A DNA stretch of 64,000 bases from the NCBI GenBank assembly GCA_009782385.1, contig WRJE01000003.1:1711-65710 (forward strand), given 5' to 3'. The stretch is from Oscillospiraceae bacterium. GTDB taxonomy: Bacteria > Bacillota > Clostridia > Oscillospirales > UBA929. Each line of letters starts with the position of its first letter. Positions within the stretch are counted from its first letter, which is position 1. This document shows positions 54,331 to 63,422 of the stretch, piece after piece. The notes beneath the pieces are model-generated. The model did no database searches. It was not told where the DNA came from and was given only the letters and a program-made list of their open reading frames with translations. The translations under genes and the position numbers were made by a program.

Positions 54331-54593
54331 CACCGGGAAATGTGGTTATACCGATTGCCGGACGTGAAAAAGGACGGCTTCACATAGTTCTCGATATTGA
54401 TAATGAGTTTGCCCTTATCGCGGACGGGAAACGGCGGAGGGTTGAAAAGCCCAAACGCAAGAAGATAAAGCATATGGAAGTTGCGGAAGGTTATTTTTCG
54501 GAGAACGCAAAGACAAACAAAGAAATCAGAAGAGTTTTAGCGATTATTAAGAATGAAATCGAGGAGGGTGAGCCTTGTCAAAAGAAGATATGA
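54327..54593 (+). CDS. KOW-domain RNA-binding protein (L14e-like) commonly found between map and infA
   Basis: 88 aa: [17 protein letters not shown]...[19 protein letters not shown]. Confidence 0.7.
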   Translation: MTPGNVVIPIAGREKGRLHIVLDIDNEFALIADGKRRRVEKPKRKKIKHMEVAEGYFSENAKTNKEIRRVLAIIKNEIEEGEPCQKKI

Positions 54594-54793
54594 TAGAGAT
54601 TGAAGGTACTATCTTAGAGGCGTTGCCCAACGCGACATTTCAGGTCGATATCGGCAACGGTCATAAGGTTCTGGCGCATATTTCAGGTAAATTGCGTATG
54701 AACTTTATACGCATTTTGCCGGGAGATAAGGTCACGGTGCAAATGTCGCCGTATGACCTGACTAAGGGGCGTATTACCTGGCGTTTCAAATAG
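54575..54793 (+). CDS. infA: Translation initiation factor IF-1
   Basis: (M)[23 protein letters not shown]...[22 protein letters not shown] start. Confidence 0.95.
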   Translation: MSKEDMIEIEGTILEALPNATFQVDIGNGHKVLAHISGKLRMNFIRILPGDKVTVQMSPYDLTKGRITWRFK

Positions 54794-54893
54794 CGGTTTT
54801 GGCTGAACCGTTATAGCGCAACCGTCATTGCGTTGAATTGCCGGGTGTTATATGGATCGGGTTACCGGTCGTTAAAAAGGGAGGTTTTTGATT

Positions 54894-55007
54894 ATGAAGG
54901 TTCGTCCATCGGTAAAACCCATGTGTGAAAAATGTAAGATTATTAAGCGTCATGGGCGGGTCATGGTCATCTGCATAAACCCCAAGCACAAGCAGAGACA
55001 AGGATAA
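54894..55007 (+). CDS. rpmJ: 50S ribosomal protein L36 (bL36)
   Basis: Below the track cutoff. Hand translation gives [37 protein letters not shown]. Confidence 0.95.
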   Translation: MKVRPSVKPMCEKCKIIKRHGRVMVICINPKHKQRQG

Positions 55008-55045
55008 TTACAATTAACAGATAACAGTTAACAATTAACAATGAG
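55008..55045 (+). repeat. Third copy of the AT-rich TTACAATTAACAGATAACA module, abutting the rpmJ stop codon
   Basis: TTACAATTAACAGATAACAGTTAACAATTAACAATGAG. The first 19 nt are identical to 14432-14450. Confidence 0.8.
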
Positions 55046-55106
55046 TGGTTGCGAATAGTTTCAAAATAGCATTTATTGTCAATAATTATTGGAGGTGCTT
55101 GAATAA

Positions 55107-55475
55107 ATGGCACGTATCGCCGGCGTTGACTTGCCCAGAGAGAAGCGCGTTGAAATCGGATTAACGTATATTTTCGGTATCGGCAGGAAATCGTCAAACG
55201 AAATTTTAAGTAAAGCGGGAGTTTCTCCCGACATTCGCGTTAAGAATCTTACCGAAGACGATGTCGCCAAACTGCGCGACATCATAGATAAGGATTACCG
55301 CGTTGAGGGTGACTTGCGCCGTGATGTCGCAATGGACATTAAACGCCTGATTGAAATAGGGTCTTACAGGGGTATCAGGCATCGCAGAGGTCTGCCGGTT
55401 CGCGGGCAGCGCAGCAAGACAAACGCCCGTACCCGCAAGGGACCGAAGCGCACCGTCGCTAACAAGAAGAAGTAG
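55107..55475 (+). CDS. rpsM: 30S ribosomal protein S13 (uS13)
   Basis: [26 protein letters not shown]. Confidence 0.95.
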   Translation: MARIAGVDLPREKRVEIGLTYIFGIGRKSSNEILSKAGVSPDIRVKNLTEDDVAKLRDIIDKDYRVEGDLRRDVAMDIKRLIEIGSYRGIRHRRGLPVRGQRSKTNARTRKGPKRTVANKKK

Positions 55476-55486
55476 GAGGGGAGAAT

Positions 55487-55894
55487 ATGGCACAGCCTAA
55501 GGCAGCAAGGCGCGGCGCGGCAACGCGCAAACGCCGCGAAAAGAAAAACATTGAGAAGGGTGCGGCTCATATCCGCTCCTCATTCAACAACACTATGGTT
55601 ACCATCACCGACTTGCAGGGCAATGCCCTTTCGTGGGCATCATCGGGCGGTCTGGGATTCAGGGGTTCGCGTAAATCCACACCTTTCGCCGCTCAGATGG
55701 CGGCGGAAACAGCGGCGAAAGCCGCAATGGAGCATGGGCTTAAAACGGTCGAGGTTTATGTTAAGGGTCCGGGGTCGGGACGTGAGGCGGCTATACGCGC
55801 TTTGCAGACGGCGGGACTTGAAGTAAACATGATAAAAGACGTTACGCCCATCCCGCACAACGGCTGCCGTCCGCCTAAGCGCAGACGCGTGTAA
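55487..55894 (+). CDS. rpsK: 30S ribosomal protein S11 (uS11)
   Basis: [28 protein letters not shown]. Confidence 0.95.
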   Translation: MAQPKAARRGAATRKRREKKNIEKGAAHIRSSFNNTMVTITDLQGNALSWASSGGLGFRGSRKSTPFAAQMAAETAAKAAMEHGLKTVEVYVKGPGSGREAAIRALQTAGLEVNMIKDVTPIPHNGCRPPKRRRV

Positions 55895-55911
55895 ACAGGA
55901 GGTAGAAGAAT

Positions 55912-56538
55912 ATGGCTAGATATACAGACGCTGTTTGCCGCCAGTGCCGCCGCGAAGGACAGAAACTGTTCCTAAAGGGCGATCGCTGCTATACAGGCAA
56001 ATGCGGTGTTACAAGACGCGCGTATGCGCCCGGAATGCACGGGCAGAGCCGGAAAAAACCCAGCGAGTACGGCATTCAGCTCCGTGAAAAGCAAAAAGCG
56101 CGCCGCTTTTACGGCGTGTTGGAAAGTCAGTTTGAAAAATACTTTGAAATGGCTAATAAACAGAAAGGTGTCACCGGTGAAAACCTGTTGAGGATTCTGG
56201 AGTCCAGACTCGATAACGTGGTTTACCGCCTCGGGTTTGCTATGTCGCGCAGAGAGGCGCGTCAAATGGTAACTCACCGTCACTTCAACGTCAACGGTCG
56301 CTGTGTAAACATACCGTCATACTTGCTCAAGGCGGGAGACGTTGTGGAACTGCGCCCGAACGCCAAGCAAAAGGATCGCTTCAAGTCAACTCTTGAGAGC
56401 AACGCTTCGCGTCCTATGCCGCGCTGGCTCGAGATTGACAGAGACGCATATGCTGCTAAAATCGTTAATCTGCCTTCGAGAGATGAAATAGACCTTCCGA
56501 TTGAAGAGCACCTTATCGTGGAGTTGTATTCCAAGTAG
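55912..56538 (+). CDS. rpsD: 30S ribosomal protein S4 (uS4)
   Basis: [26 protein letters not shown]. Confidence 0.95.
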   Translation: MARYTDAVCRQCRREGQKLFLKGDRCYTGKCGVTRRAYAPGMHGQSRKKPSEYGIQLREKQKARRFYGVLESQFEKYFEMANKQKGVTGENLLRILESRLDNVVYRLGFAMSRREARQMVTHRHFNVNGRCVNIPSYLLKAGDVVELRPNAKQKDRFKSTLESNASRPMPRWLEIDRDAYAAKIVNLPSRDEIDLPIEEHLIVELYSK

Positions 56539-56602
56539 CGGCGGATAATCATTTCGCCCACAGTCATTATTCACCCAATTATTTCACGAGGAGGTTTGCG
56601 TT

Positions 56603-57550
56603 TTGATAGAAATAGAAAGACCTCGCATACAATGTTTTGAGGAGTCGGATGATCCGTCATACGGAAAGTTTGTTGTCGAACCGCTTGAGCGCGGTTACGG
56701 CACAACTCTCGGAAACTCTTTACGCAGGGTACTGCTGTCTTCGTTGCCCGGAACGGCTGTAACGACCGTTAAAATTACAGGAGTACAGCATGAGTTTTCG
56801 ACAATACCGGGCGTTAAAGAAGATGTTACCGAAATAGTTCTCAACATTAAGCGTTTGGTGACGAAGCTCCACGCGCCGGTTACAAAAACCATATACATTA
56901 ACGCGGTGGGGGAAGGCGCGGTTACGGCAGCCGACATCAAAGATGACGCTGAGGTTGAAATACTGAATCCGGAACTGCACATCGCATCGCTCGCGGACGG
57001 CGCACAGCTCGAAATAGAGATGACGCTCAGTCACGGGCGGGGGTACGTATCGGCGGAACGCAACAAACCGACACAGTCGATTATCGGGCTTATACCTGTG
57101 GATTCGATTTTTTCGCCTGTCGTCAAGGTTAATTATATAGTCGAGAACGCGCGTGTCGGCAGTATGACCGACTTTGATAAGCTGACGCTTGAGGTATGGA
57201 CCGATGGCACGTTATCGGCGCGGGACGCTGTTTCGCTTGCGGCAAAGATATTGAGCGATCATCTGATGCTGTTCACAGACTTGTCAGAGGCTTTGAGCGC
57301 GAGGACTACCGTTGTTGAGAAACCGGAGACACAGCGCGACAGGATGCTCAATATGACCATTGAGGAACTGGATTTATCCGTGCGCTCGTTTAACTGCCTG
57401 AAACGCGCGGGCATAAATACTGTCGAGGATCTTACGAACAGGTCTGAGGAAGATATGATGAAGGTTCGGAATCTCGGGCGCAAGTCATTGGAAGAGATAA
57501 TCCACAAGTTGGCGGCTTTGGAACTCGGTTTAGCCGAGGCCGCGGAATAG
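56603..57550 (+). CDS. rpoA: DNA-directed RNA polymerase alpha subunit
   Basis: [30 protein letters not shown] and a C-terminal domain with [20 protein letters not shown] start. Confidence 0.95.
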   Translation: MIEIERPRIQCFEESDDPSYGKFVVEPLERGYGTTLGNSLRRVLLSSLPGTAVTTVKITGVQHEFSTIPGVKEDVTEIVLNIKRLVTKLHAPVTKTIYINAVGEGAVTAADIKDDAEVEILNPELHIASLADGAQLEIEMTLSHGRGYVSAERNKPTQSIIGLIPVDSIFSPVVKVNYIVENARVGSMTDFDKLTLEVWTDGTLSARDAVSLAAKILSDHLMLFTDLSEALSARTTVVEKPETQRDRMLNMTIEELDLSVRSFNCLKRAGINTVEDLTNRSEEDMMKVRNLGRKSLEEIIHKLAALELGLAEAAE

Positions 57551-57558
57551 GAGTAGAA

Positions 57559-57891
57559 ATGCGTAAGTTAGGAAAGCCGACAGATCAGCGTATGGCTATG
57601 TTAAGGAATATGGTTACGGTTCTGATTGATAATGGCAGGATGGAAACGACATATATGCGAGCTAAGGAAGTATCTTCTCTCGCGGATAAGATGATTGCGC
57701 TCGGAAAAGAGAACAATCTTGCCAATAAACGCCGCGCCATGTCTTTTATGACAAGCGAGGATGTTGTCAGAAAACTGTTTGATGAAGTATCGCCCAAGTA
57801 TGCCGACCGCAACGGCGGATTCACCCGTATTACGAAGCTGGGACCCAGACGCGGCGACGCGGCTGAGGCGGCGGTTATTGAGCTAGTCTGA
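57559..57891 (+). CDS. rplQ: 50S ribosomal protein L17 (bL17)
   Basis: [18 protein letters not shown]...TT..RAKE. Confidence 0.95.
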   Translation: MRKLGKPTDQRMAMLRNMVTVLIDNGRMETTYMRAKEVSSLADKMIALGKENNLANKRRAMSFMTSEDVVRKLFDEVSPKYADRNGGFTRITKLGPRRGDAAEAAVIELV

Positions 57892-57912
57892 TTTTTGTTT
57901 AAGTAAAATTTA

Positions 57913-57934
57913 ATACCGCGCAAACGCGCGGTAT
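57913..57934 (+). other. 9-bp GC hairpin between rplQ and tRNA-Ser
   Basis: ATACCGCGC-AAAC-GCGCGGTAT ends 2 nt before the tRNA 5' end. There is no T-run, so it may be a terminator or a processing element. Confidence 0.4.
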
Positions 57935-57936
57935 AT

Positions 57937-58026
57937 GGAGAAGTACCCAAGTGGTGAAGGGGCTCCCCTGCTAAGGGAGTAGGCTGTTAACGCGGCGCGG
58001 GGGTTCAAATCCCCCCTTCTCCGCCA
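57937..58026 (+). tRNA. tRNA-Ser (anticodon GCU), CCA encoded
   Basis: - Acceptor GGAGAAG / CTTCTCC.
- Anticodon stem CTCCC / GGGAG with loop CT-GCT-AA.
- Long variable arm.
- T-arm GGGGG-TTCAAAT-CCCCC.
- 3' GCCA. Confidence 0.9.
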
Positions 58027-58189
58027 TTAGGAACTAATGCGAACTCCCCCCGATTCTTTTTTGTCGGGGAGACGTTCGCTTTTTCCTTTCCGCTGGTATA
58101 AGCAACAATAAAAATTTGGGAAACAATTTCAATAACCCAGATTTGGGGGCATTGATTGAAAAAGGAAATTAAACACAAAATGTGTCCTA

Positions 58190-58221
58190 CTGAGATGCCC
58201 TCAAAATTGAGGGCATCTCAG
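58190..58221 (+). terminator. Strong rho-independent terminator upstream of the AT-rich cassette
   Basis: CTGAGATGCCCTC-AAAATT-GAGGGCATCTCAG (13-bp perfect stem) followed by TTTTGAATTT. Confidence 0.8.
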
Positions 58222-58291
58222 TTTTGAATTTATACGAAATCCTCCATTCAATTTATCATCGTGATAATATATGATAAAATGAAATATGCTA

Positions 58292-58320
58292 TTGACAAAT
58301 CAAATTATCTGTGTTATCAT
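58292..58320 (+). promoter_or_regulatory. Extended -10 sigma-A promoter of the AT-rich cassette
   Basis: TTGACA (58292-97), a 17-nt spacer, then TGtTATCAT (58312-20). SD AAAGGAGGG follows, then the ATG at 58344. Confidence 0.65.
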
Positions 58321-58343
58321 CATTGATAAAAGGAGGGTGTGCC

Positions 58344-59312
58344 ATGAATTACGAAAAAATCATATTGGAACTGATGGGAAGAATCCAAGACCTTGAGGGG
58401 TCTGTAAAATCGCTTGACCAGCGGCTTTTGTTAGTCGAAGAAGAAAACGTACTTAATACCGACCTTGAAACCGACGGACAAGGAAAATTTACAAGGTCGC
58501 AGGCGCGAGAGGTTACGATAGAAAAAATCCAAGAGATTTTCCCTGATTATTTTCCGAGCAAAGCCTCAAGAAATGAAGGTAGTGGAATAAAATTAAGTAA
58601 GCCGGATTCCCCAAGACCCTTGATAATAAAGTTTAATCACAGCAGGGGCTATCCTCTTGAACCCGGCTTATCAGACCAATCCGGCGATTATGAACGAGGA
58701 TGGCACATTGTAAGAGTGAGCGAAGTGGTCGGAAGCATTTATGACCTCTGCTTATTTTCTATGTATGACTCCGATGGAAACTGGAATTATTTTTTATTTT
58801 CTCCCGATGAACTCGGAATTTACAACGAAGAAAACAGACAAAATCATGGCGATGAGCTTTGGCTGTATTTCAGCGTACAAGGTAATCATGCTTATGAATT
58901 GCGCGAGGGAAAAATTGATGTCACTAATCACCTTAACAACTGGAAGCTGATTGAATCTTATATGATAACAGTAGGAGATACTTCTAAAAAAGAACCGGAG
59001 GAAAGCGTAGTGAACGAATTAGAAAACAAGTTTCACAATGACATGGTTAATATTTATCAATCAGCAAAGAAGTTAAAATATAATGCCGGATATTTTTGGC
59101 AGATGGTTTGTGAGAAAGGTGGACTCCAAACTGCCAAACATTTAATTCATACTGAACAGCCGTCCGAAGGGTTTTCAAAACTCTGGGAATTAAAACGCTT
59201 AGACCTTTCTGTTGAAGCGCACGTTATTAAGCCGGAGTACAATGAACTCTTTACTGATGCAGAGCGGCAAATTTGTTTGGCTCGGCTTGAAGAATACGGT
59301 TATACGCCTTAA
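58344..59312 (+). CDS. Hypothetical protein: N-terminal coiled coil, unassigned central domain, conserved C-terminal helical module
   Basis: 322 aa from the ATG at 58344. The C-terminus is YNAGYFWQMVCEKGGLQTAKHLIH...SEGFSKLWELKRLDLSVEAHVIKPEY...ARLEEYGY. I can name no family. Confidence 0.7.
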   Translation: MNYEKIILELMGRIQDLEGSVKSLDQRLLLVEEENVLNTDLETDGQGKFTRSQAREVTIEKIQEIFPDYFPSKASRNEGSGIKLSKPDSPRPLIIKFNHSRGYPLEPGLSDQSGDYERGWHIVRVSEVVGSIYDLCLFSMYDSDGNWNYFLFSPDELGIYNEENRQNHGDELWLYFSVQGNHAYELREGKIDVTNHLNNWKLIESYMITVGDTSKKEPEESVVNELENKFHNDMVNIYQSAKKLKYNAGYFWQMVCEKGGLQTAKHLIHTEQPSEGFSKLWELKRLDLSVEAHVIKPEYNELFTDAERQICLARLEEYGYTP

Positions 59313-59358
59313 TATTTTTTTCATACAGTCTACACCTGTTGAGAAAGGGGTTAATCCG

Positions 59359-59799
59359 ATGAAAACGGTTGTCTTAATTTCCTGCACTAAAAGCAAGCGC
59401 CAAGTAAATTCATGTACCGCGCGCTTGATGTATGATACCAGCGATTTATTCAGAAAATCTTTAGCTTATGCGGAGGTAATATCAAAAGACATTTTTGTTA
59501 TTTCCGCGAAGTACGGTCTTGTTCCTTTGAATCAAGTCATAAATCATTATGACGAAACATTAAAGGGTAAACGGAAAGCAGAAAAAGACGCTTGGGGGCG
59601 CAGGGTTGCGGAGCAAATTTCCGAATTGTTCGACGTAAAAAATACCGAATTTGTAATCCTTTCCGGGAGAGATTATTACGCGCCGTTACAACCTTACCTT
59701 CCACATATAAAACTCCCGCTTGGCAACTTAACTCTTTTCAAAAGACCACCGGCGTTAGAGTTGCTGACAAAGGAGGCGAAGGAGGCAAAGCGCGTATGA
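59359..59799 (+). CDS. Small DUF6884-like protein
   Basis: 146 aa: MKTVVLISCTKSKRQ...LMYDTSDLFRKSLAYAE...DIFVISAKYGLVPLNQVINHYDETL. The family call is from memory of the pattern. Confidence 0.6.
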   Translation: MKTVVLISCTKSKRQVNSCTARLMYDTSDLFRKSLAYAEVISKDIFVISAKYGLVPLNQVINHYDETLKGKRKAEKDAWGRRVAEQISELFDVKNTEFVILSGRDYYAPLQPYLPHIKLPLGNLTLFKRPPALELLTKEAKEAKRV

Positions 59800-60425
59800 C
59801 AACGAACCTACATAGACTTTTTAACTCCATGCCTCGGTTCAAATGGGATATGATTGGCAGAGTTGCTTTTGACAATGGTATCTACATAATTTTTGAGGAC
59901 GGAGAAACATATCACGGCACAGATAGGATTGTCCGTGTCGGAACGCATGACAGCGACGGAAGATTAAGGAAAAGGCTCAAAAATCATTTTATCAACGAAA
60001 ATAAAGACGGGAGCATTTTCCGAAAGAATGTTGGGAAAGCAATCCTCAATAAAAACAACGACCCATATTTGAACATTTGGAATAAAAATTCCAGCAAAAA
60101 AAGCTCGATGATTGGTGTTAGTGGATATGATTCAGCATACCAAAAATCAATAGAAAAAACCGTAAGCCATTATATGCGCGAGCATTTTTCATTCGTATGC
60201 TTTCCTGTTTCAACTATGGCGGAGCGGCATCGTTTAGAAGAAGGAATTATTGCGTTGTTGAATGGTGCTACCGATTTTTGTGCAGGGTCGGCTTGGCTCG
60301 GAAACCATAGCCCCGAACGCGAGATTGTTCAAAGCGGTATGTGGTTGAAGCAAGGTCTTGATGGAGTACCACTTACAGAAAATGAATACAGAGATATAGT
60401 TGAGTATTGTTCAGCAATTTTCTAA
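59796..60425 (+). CDS. GIY-YIG nuclease-fold protein
   Basis: 209 aa. GIYIIFEDGETYHG (GIY-N8-YxG), RIVRVGTH...RLRKRLKNHF and ERHRLEEGIIALL. The ATG overlaps the upstream stop (ATGA). Confidence 0.65.
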   Translation: MTTNLHRLFNSMPRFKWDMIGRVAFDNGIYIIFEDGETYHGTDRIVRVGTHDSDGRLRKRLKNHFINENKDGSIFRKNVGKAILNKNNDPYLNIWNKNSSKKSSMIGVSGYDSAYQKSIEKTVSHYMREHFSFVCFPVSTMAERHRLEEGIIALLNGATDFCAGSAWLGNHSPEREIVQSGMWLKQGLDGVPLTENEYRDIVEYCSAIF

Positions 60426-60430
60426 AACGG

Positions 60431-60649
60431 GTGGTGAGCGTTTTGCCCTTCATCGACTGGAACGGTGACGGAAAAATTGACCCGGTGGACATCGGTATCA
60501 GCATCGCAACAGAATTAGATAACGAAGATGAAGAATTTGCGCCACCGCCCGAAGCAAAGCAAAAAACTGGGTGCGGATGTTTAACCGCAACATTGACTTT
60601 TATCGGTATCGCAACCGCCGTAATTTTTATGATTATAGGATGGGCGTAG
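60431..60649 (+). CDS. Small tail-anchored protein with an EF-hand/dockerin-like calcium-binding loop
   Basis: DWNGDGKIDPVD loop, an acidic linker, and the C-terminal TM CLTATLTFIGIATAVIFMIIGWA. The start is ambiguous (GTG 60431 or 60434, TTG 60443, or the track ATG at 60407). Confidence 0.45.
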   Translation: MVSVLPFIDWNGDGKIDPVDIGISIATELDNEDEEFAPPPEAKQKTGCGCLTATLTFIGIATAVIFMIIGWA

Positions 60650-60696
60650 ACCATCCGCAGCAGCCAACTGTCCCGCGACACGCTAATATAGGTGTA

Positions 60697-60779
60697 AACG
60701 ACACGGTAAAAGTGATGATATAGAGGCAGAGAACGACAAGGAGCAATCGGAACGACACAGACCCATCACGGAAACGACA
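60697..60779 (+). repeat. Four direct AACGACA(C/A)(G/A)G repeats, putative transposase-binding sites of the transposon end
   Basis: AACGACA occurs at 60697, 60732, 60751 and 60773, all in the same orientation. Confidence 0.65.
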
Positions 60780-60926
60780 AGAAAAAGTAGGATGAAGGCA
60801 GAGGGCAGAGAACGGATACTACCCCGAATCTGGGCGATAATAATACGGGCAACGCCGACGCCCGCAATAGCGCGGGCGAGCGGCGCGGCAAAAAGATATA
60901 TAACATAGAAAACAGCATTGACCATA

Positions 60927-61202
60927 TCAGAAGGGCGCTTCGTGAACGGGGCCATCACAAAAACGCAGGGAGTTTCTCAACCGTAGGTACTCGATACGCG
61001 CGTCGTGCCTGGCGTCATCGTTGTCAGCGGAAATCATCCTCGCGTAGGCATCGCGGGCCTCAAGCCTCCGCAGTTTAACATTCAAATCAAAAAGCAGGTC
61101 ATAGAAATCGCAGCAGTTGGGGTGTGCCGAAAAGTCCAGGCATTCAAGCAGGGAAACGGTTTTTTCCAAGGTAGCGCGCGGGATCAAAACATTTTTATTC
61201 AT
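60927..61202 (-). CDS. Small hypothetical protein of the transposon
   Basis: 91 aa: MNKNVLIPRATLEKTVSLLE...ARHDARIEYLRL. It sits directly downstream of the ATPase gene. No family is assignable. Confidence 0.55.
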   Translation of the reverse strand: MNKNVLIPRATLEKTVSLLECLDFSAHPNCCDFYDLLFDLNVKLRRLEARDAYARMISADNDDARHDARIEYLRLRNSLRFCDGPVHEAPF

Positions 61203-61225
61203 AACAACAGTCCTTTCAAATACGG

Positions 61226-62032
61226 TCAGGCAAACGCCAGGCTGTTTGCGGCGGCCATAATGGTGTCAGTGTCGAGAGTTGGTTTTTCAAGCTGGGCGCC
61301 GAGCATGAGGGCTTCGTTCATGAGGTTGTCGAGGAGCCTGGGGCAGCCGCGGGCATAGCCGATGGCGGCGGCGACCGCGCCCTCGCCGAGGATGGACTCC
61401 GCAGCGCCGGCGACGCGCAGCTTGTGGAGCAGGTATTGTTCGGTCTCAGAATCCGAAAGCCCGGAGAATCCATAGTGGATAACGATGCGCTGGCGCAGGG
61501 CCTCGTGCACGGCTTTTTCCAAAGTGCGGTTGAGGTGCGGCTCGCCGGCGAGGACGAGGGTGAAGCAGTTGACCGAGTCGAAATCATGGTTCATGATCAT
61601 TTTGAGGTCTTTCAATATCACGTCGGAAAGCTCGTGGGCCTCGTCGACCAGCAGCAGGAACGGCTTCTTTTTCTCTTTGAACAGATGATAGAGCCGGTCC
61701 TGGATGGCGCGGAACATTGCGGGCTTCCTGCCGGCCGCGTCAATGCCGAGCGCGGCGCAGAACAGGCGGTAAAACTCCATCGTGCTGACGGTGGAGAGGC
61801 AGACGTATGCGAACTCGTTGAGGTTCCGGTCGAGCGTCTTTGCGAAGCACCGCAGGGCGAAGGTCTTGCCGAACCCCGGCGCCGAGGTGAACACGCCGAT
61901 GCCCCGCTTTTCATTGAGAAAGGACAGCCTGCCCGTCATCTCCTTGTGGTCCTTTGAGGGGAAGGCATCCTTCACGGAGAGCGACTGCTTGTCGAAAGGG
62001 TTCTTTGAGAGCCCGTAGTATTCCTTAAACAC
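61226..62032 (-). CDS. AAA+ ATPase, ExeA/TniB-like transposition helper
   Basis: MFKEYYGLSKNPFDK..., Walker A SAPGFGKTF and Walker B LLLVDEAHEL. It overlaps the transposase stop by 8 nt. Confidence 0.8.
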   Translation of the reverse strand: MFKEYYGLSKNPFDKQSLSVKDAFPSKDHKEMTGRLSFLNEKRGIGVFTSAPGFGKTFALRCFAKTLDRNLNEFAYVCLSTVSTMEFYRLFCAALGIDAAGRKPAMFRAIQDRLYHLFKEKKKPFLLLVDEAHELSDVILKDLKMIMNHDFDSVNCFTLVLAGEPHLNRTLEKAVHEALRQRIVIHYGFSGLSDSETEQYLLHKLRVAGAAESILGEGAVAAAIGYARGCPRLLDNLMNEALMLGAQLEKPTLDTDTIMAAANSLAFA

Positions 62033-63299
62033 CGGCAGCCGCCCCCTTCGAATAGTCCACCGTGGGCCAGTCCTCGCGCTTCGCCCTGCTGTTCGCCTGT
62101 TTGTCCGTCCGCTTCAGCGGGAAATGCTTGCCGTTGTCGTAGATGTAGGCCTCGTCAATCCTGTCGGGGAGGAAACGGACCTCGACGGTCTGGCGGATGA
62201 ACTGCATGGGCGCGTCGAACTGCGTGTTCTGCATGGACAGGGTAGCGTCGTTCTTGACTTTCCGGCTGATGCGGTTCATGAAGCATTCGTCAAGCCATTC
62301 CTGGGATTCAGGAACCCGGATTTTCCCGCGCGTGGCAAGGAAACGGCTCATCGGCGTTTCCTTGGTGGACGAGTTGACGGCCAAGTTGTGCGCGCGCACC
62401 GCCTCGGCAAGCTCCGCGTTGAACTCCTCGATGGAGCGTATCTGCCCCGTGTCGAGGCCGTGGAGCCAGCGGGACTTGACGACGCCGAAGAACCTTTCCA
62501 CCTTTGCTTTCGCCGCGCCGTCCCTGATGGGGGCGTGTATCAGGACTGTGCCGATGCTTCCGCAGATGTACGGCAGCTGCGAGTTCTCATAAGAAGGCCC
62601 GTGGTCGACGTAAAGTTTTTGCGGGATCCCGTGAGTGGCGACGGCGTCTTTGAACACTTTCTGGAAATTGTAGGCGTCGTCGGCGAAGAAAAGCCTCGCG
62701 CCGACGACCATTCTGGAATAATCGTCGACGATAGCGATCAGGTACGTGCGCTGTTTCTTGCCGTTTTCGTCGGGGACATAAGGGAAGTAGCACGTGTCCG
62801 CCTGAAACATGGCTCCGAAATACGGCTCCTCAAAAGCCTTGCGGTCTTTCAGCGGACCGGAAGCGGCCGGGTTTTTAAGGTCATGCAGCTTGATATACCG
62901 CTGCACCGCCCTTACGGATACCGTCGCGGGGATGAAGCCGTCCTGGACAAGGCGGGCGTGTATCTGCACCGCGTTGAGCCTGGGGAACTTATCCTTGATC
63001 CCGTATATCTCGGAGATCGCCTCGTCCGAAAGGGTTTTGGTTCTGCCCTTGTCGGAACGCGCCCTCGGCATAAGTTCCTCCATGCCGCCGAACTTGTAGA
63101 GGTCGACCCATTTCGAGAGCGTGCCCGGCTTGTACTGGAACGCCGTCCCGTCCGGCCTGACGATTGGTTTCTCCGTGATCCGCCGGCAGTACGCCGCCAC
63201 CGAGGCGTCGGGAAAAGTCCCCTGGATCACAGGGGCGATGAGGGCGAACCGGAAGTACGCCAATTCCCGGCCCATATCCTTGGTATTCCGTTTTTCCAT
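62025..63299 (-). CDS. DDE-type transposase/integrase (rve core, Mu/Tn552-like)
   Basis: 424 aa with an N-terminal HTH region. The rve core is FQADTCYFPYV...YLIAIVDDYSRMVVG...LYVDHGPSY. Confidence 0.85.
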   Translation of the reverse strand: MEKRNTKDMGRELAYFRFALIAPVIQGTFPDASVAAYCRRITEKPIVRPDGTAFQYKPGTLSKWVDLYKFGGMEELMPRARSDKGRTKTLSDEAISEIYGIKDKFPRLNAVQIHARLVQDGFIPATVSVRAVQRYIKLHDLKNPAASGPLKDRKAFEEPYFGAMFQADTCYFPYVPDENGKKQRTYLIAIVDDYSRMVVGARLFFADDAYNFQKVFKDAVATHGIPQKLYVDHGPSYENSQLPYICGSIGTVLIHAPIRDGAAKAKVERFFGVVKSRWLHGLDTGQIRSIEEFNAELAEAVRAHNLAVNSSTKETPMSRFLATRGKIRVPESQEWLDECFMNRISRKVKNDATLSMQNTQFDAPMQFIRQTVEVRFLPDRIDEAYIYDNGKHFPLKRTDKQANSRAKREDWPTVDYSKGAAAGV

Positions 63300-63422
63300 C
63301 TGTTTTTGCCACCTTTTCTTTGATAGCTCCGACGTAAGCCGGGCAAAAACAGAGTATCAAAGCCACCGCTGAATTGGTATTCCGATGGTATTGCAAAGGC
63401 AAAAACAGTAGGCTGCCAGAAA

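Noticed and set aside
58044-58071. Hairpin CTCCCCCCGA...TCGGGGAG after the tRNA as a possible att-site or terminator, and a search for a direct repeat of the tRNA 3' end marking an integrated island
   Set aside because: I found no convincing duplicate of the tRNA 3' end (…GTTCAAATCCCCCCTTCTCCGCCA) between 58.0 and 60.7 kb, and no integrase gene. The island boundary therefore cannot be defined as a classical tRNA-att integration. The hairpin is imperfect and its role is unclear.
58181-58228. 15-codon ORF (MCPTEMPSKLRASQF) after the tRNA
   Set aside because: It consists essentially of the two arms of a 13-bp terminator hairpin, and the nearest SD-like sequence is about 17 nt away. It is an artefact of the palindrome.
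60683-60958. 91-aa minus-strand ORF (hydrophobic, could be mistaken for a membrane protein)
   Set aside because: It overlaps the AACGACA repeat array and the inferred transposon terminus. There is no SD, and it overlaps the 3' end of the 60927-61202 gene. It is most likely non-coding end sequence.
62124-63323. 399-aa ORF on the plus strand, plus several other 60-180-aa ORFs across 61.3-63.5 kb
   Set aside because: They lie antisense to the rve transposase and AAA+ ATPase genes, in very GC-rich DNA where long stop-free antisense frames are expected. The translations are low-complexity (R/G/V/P-rich) with no motifs, while the minus-strand products have clear family signatures.
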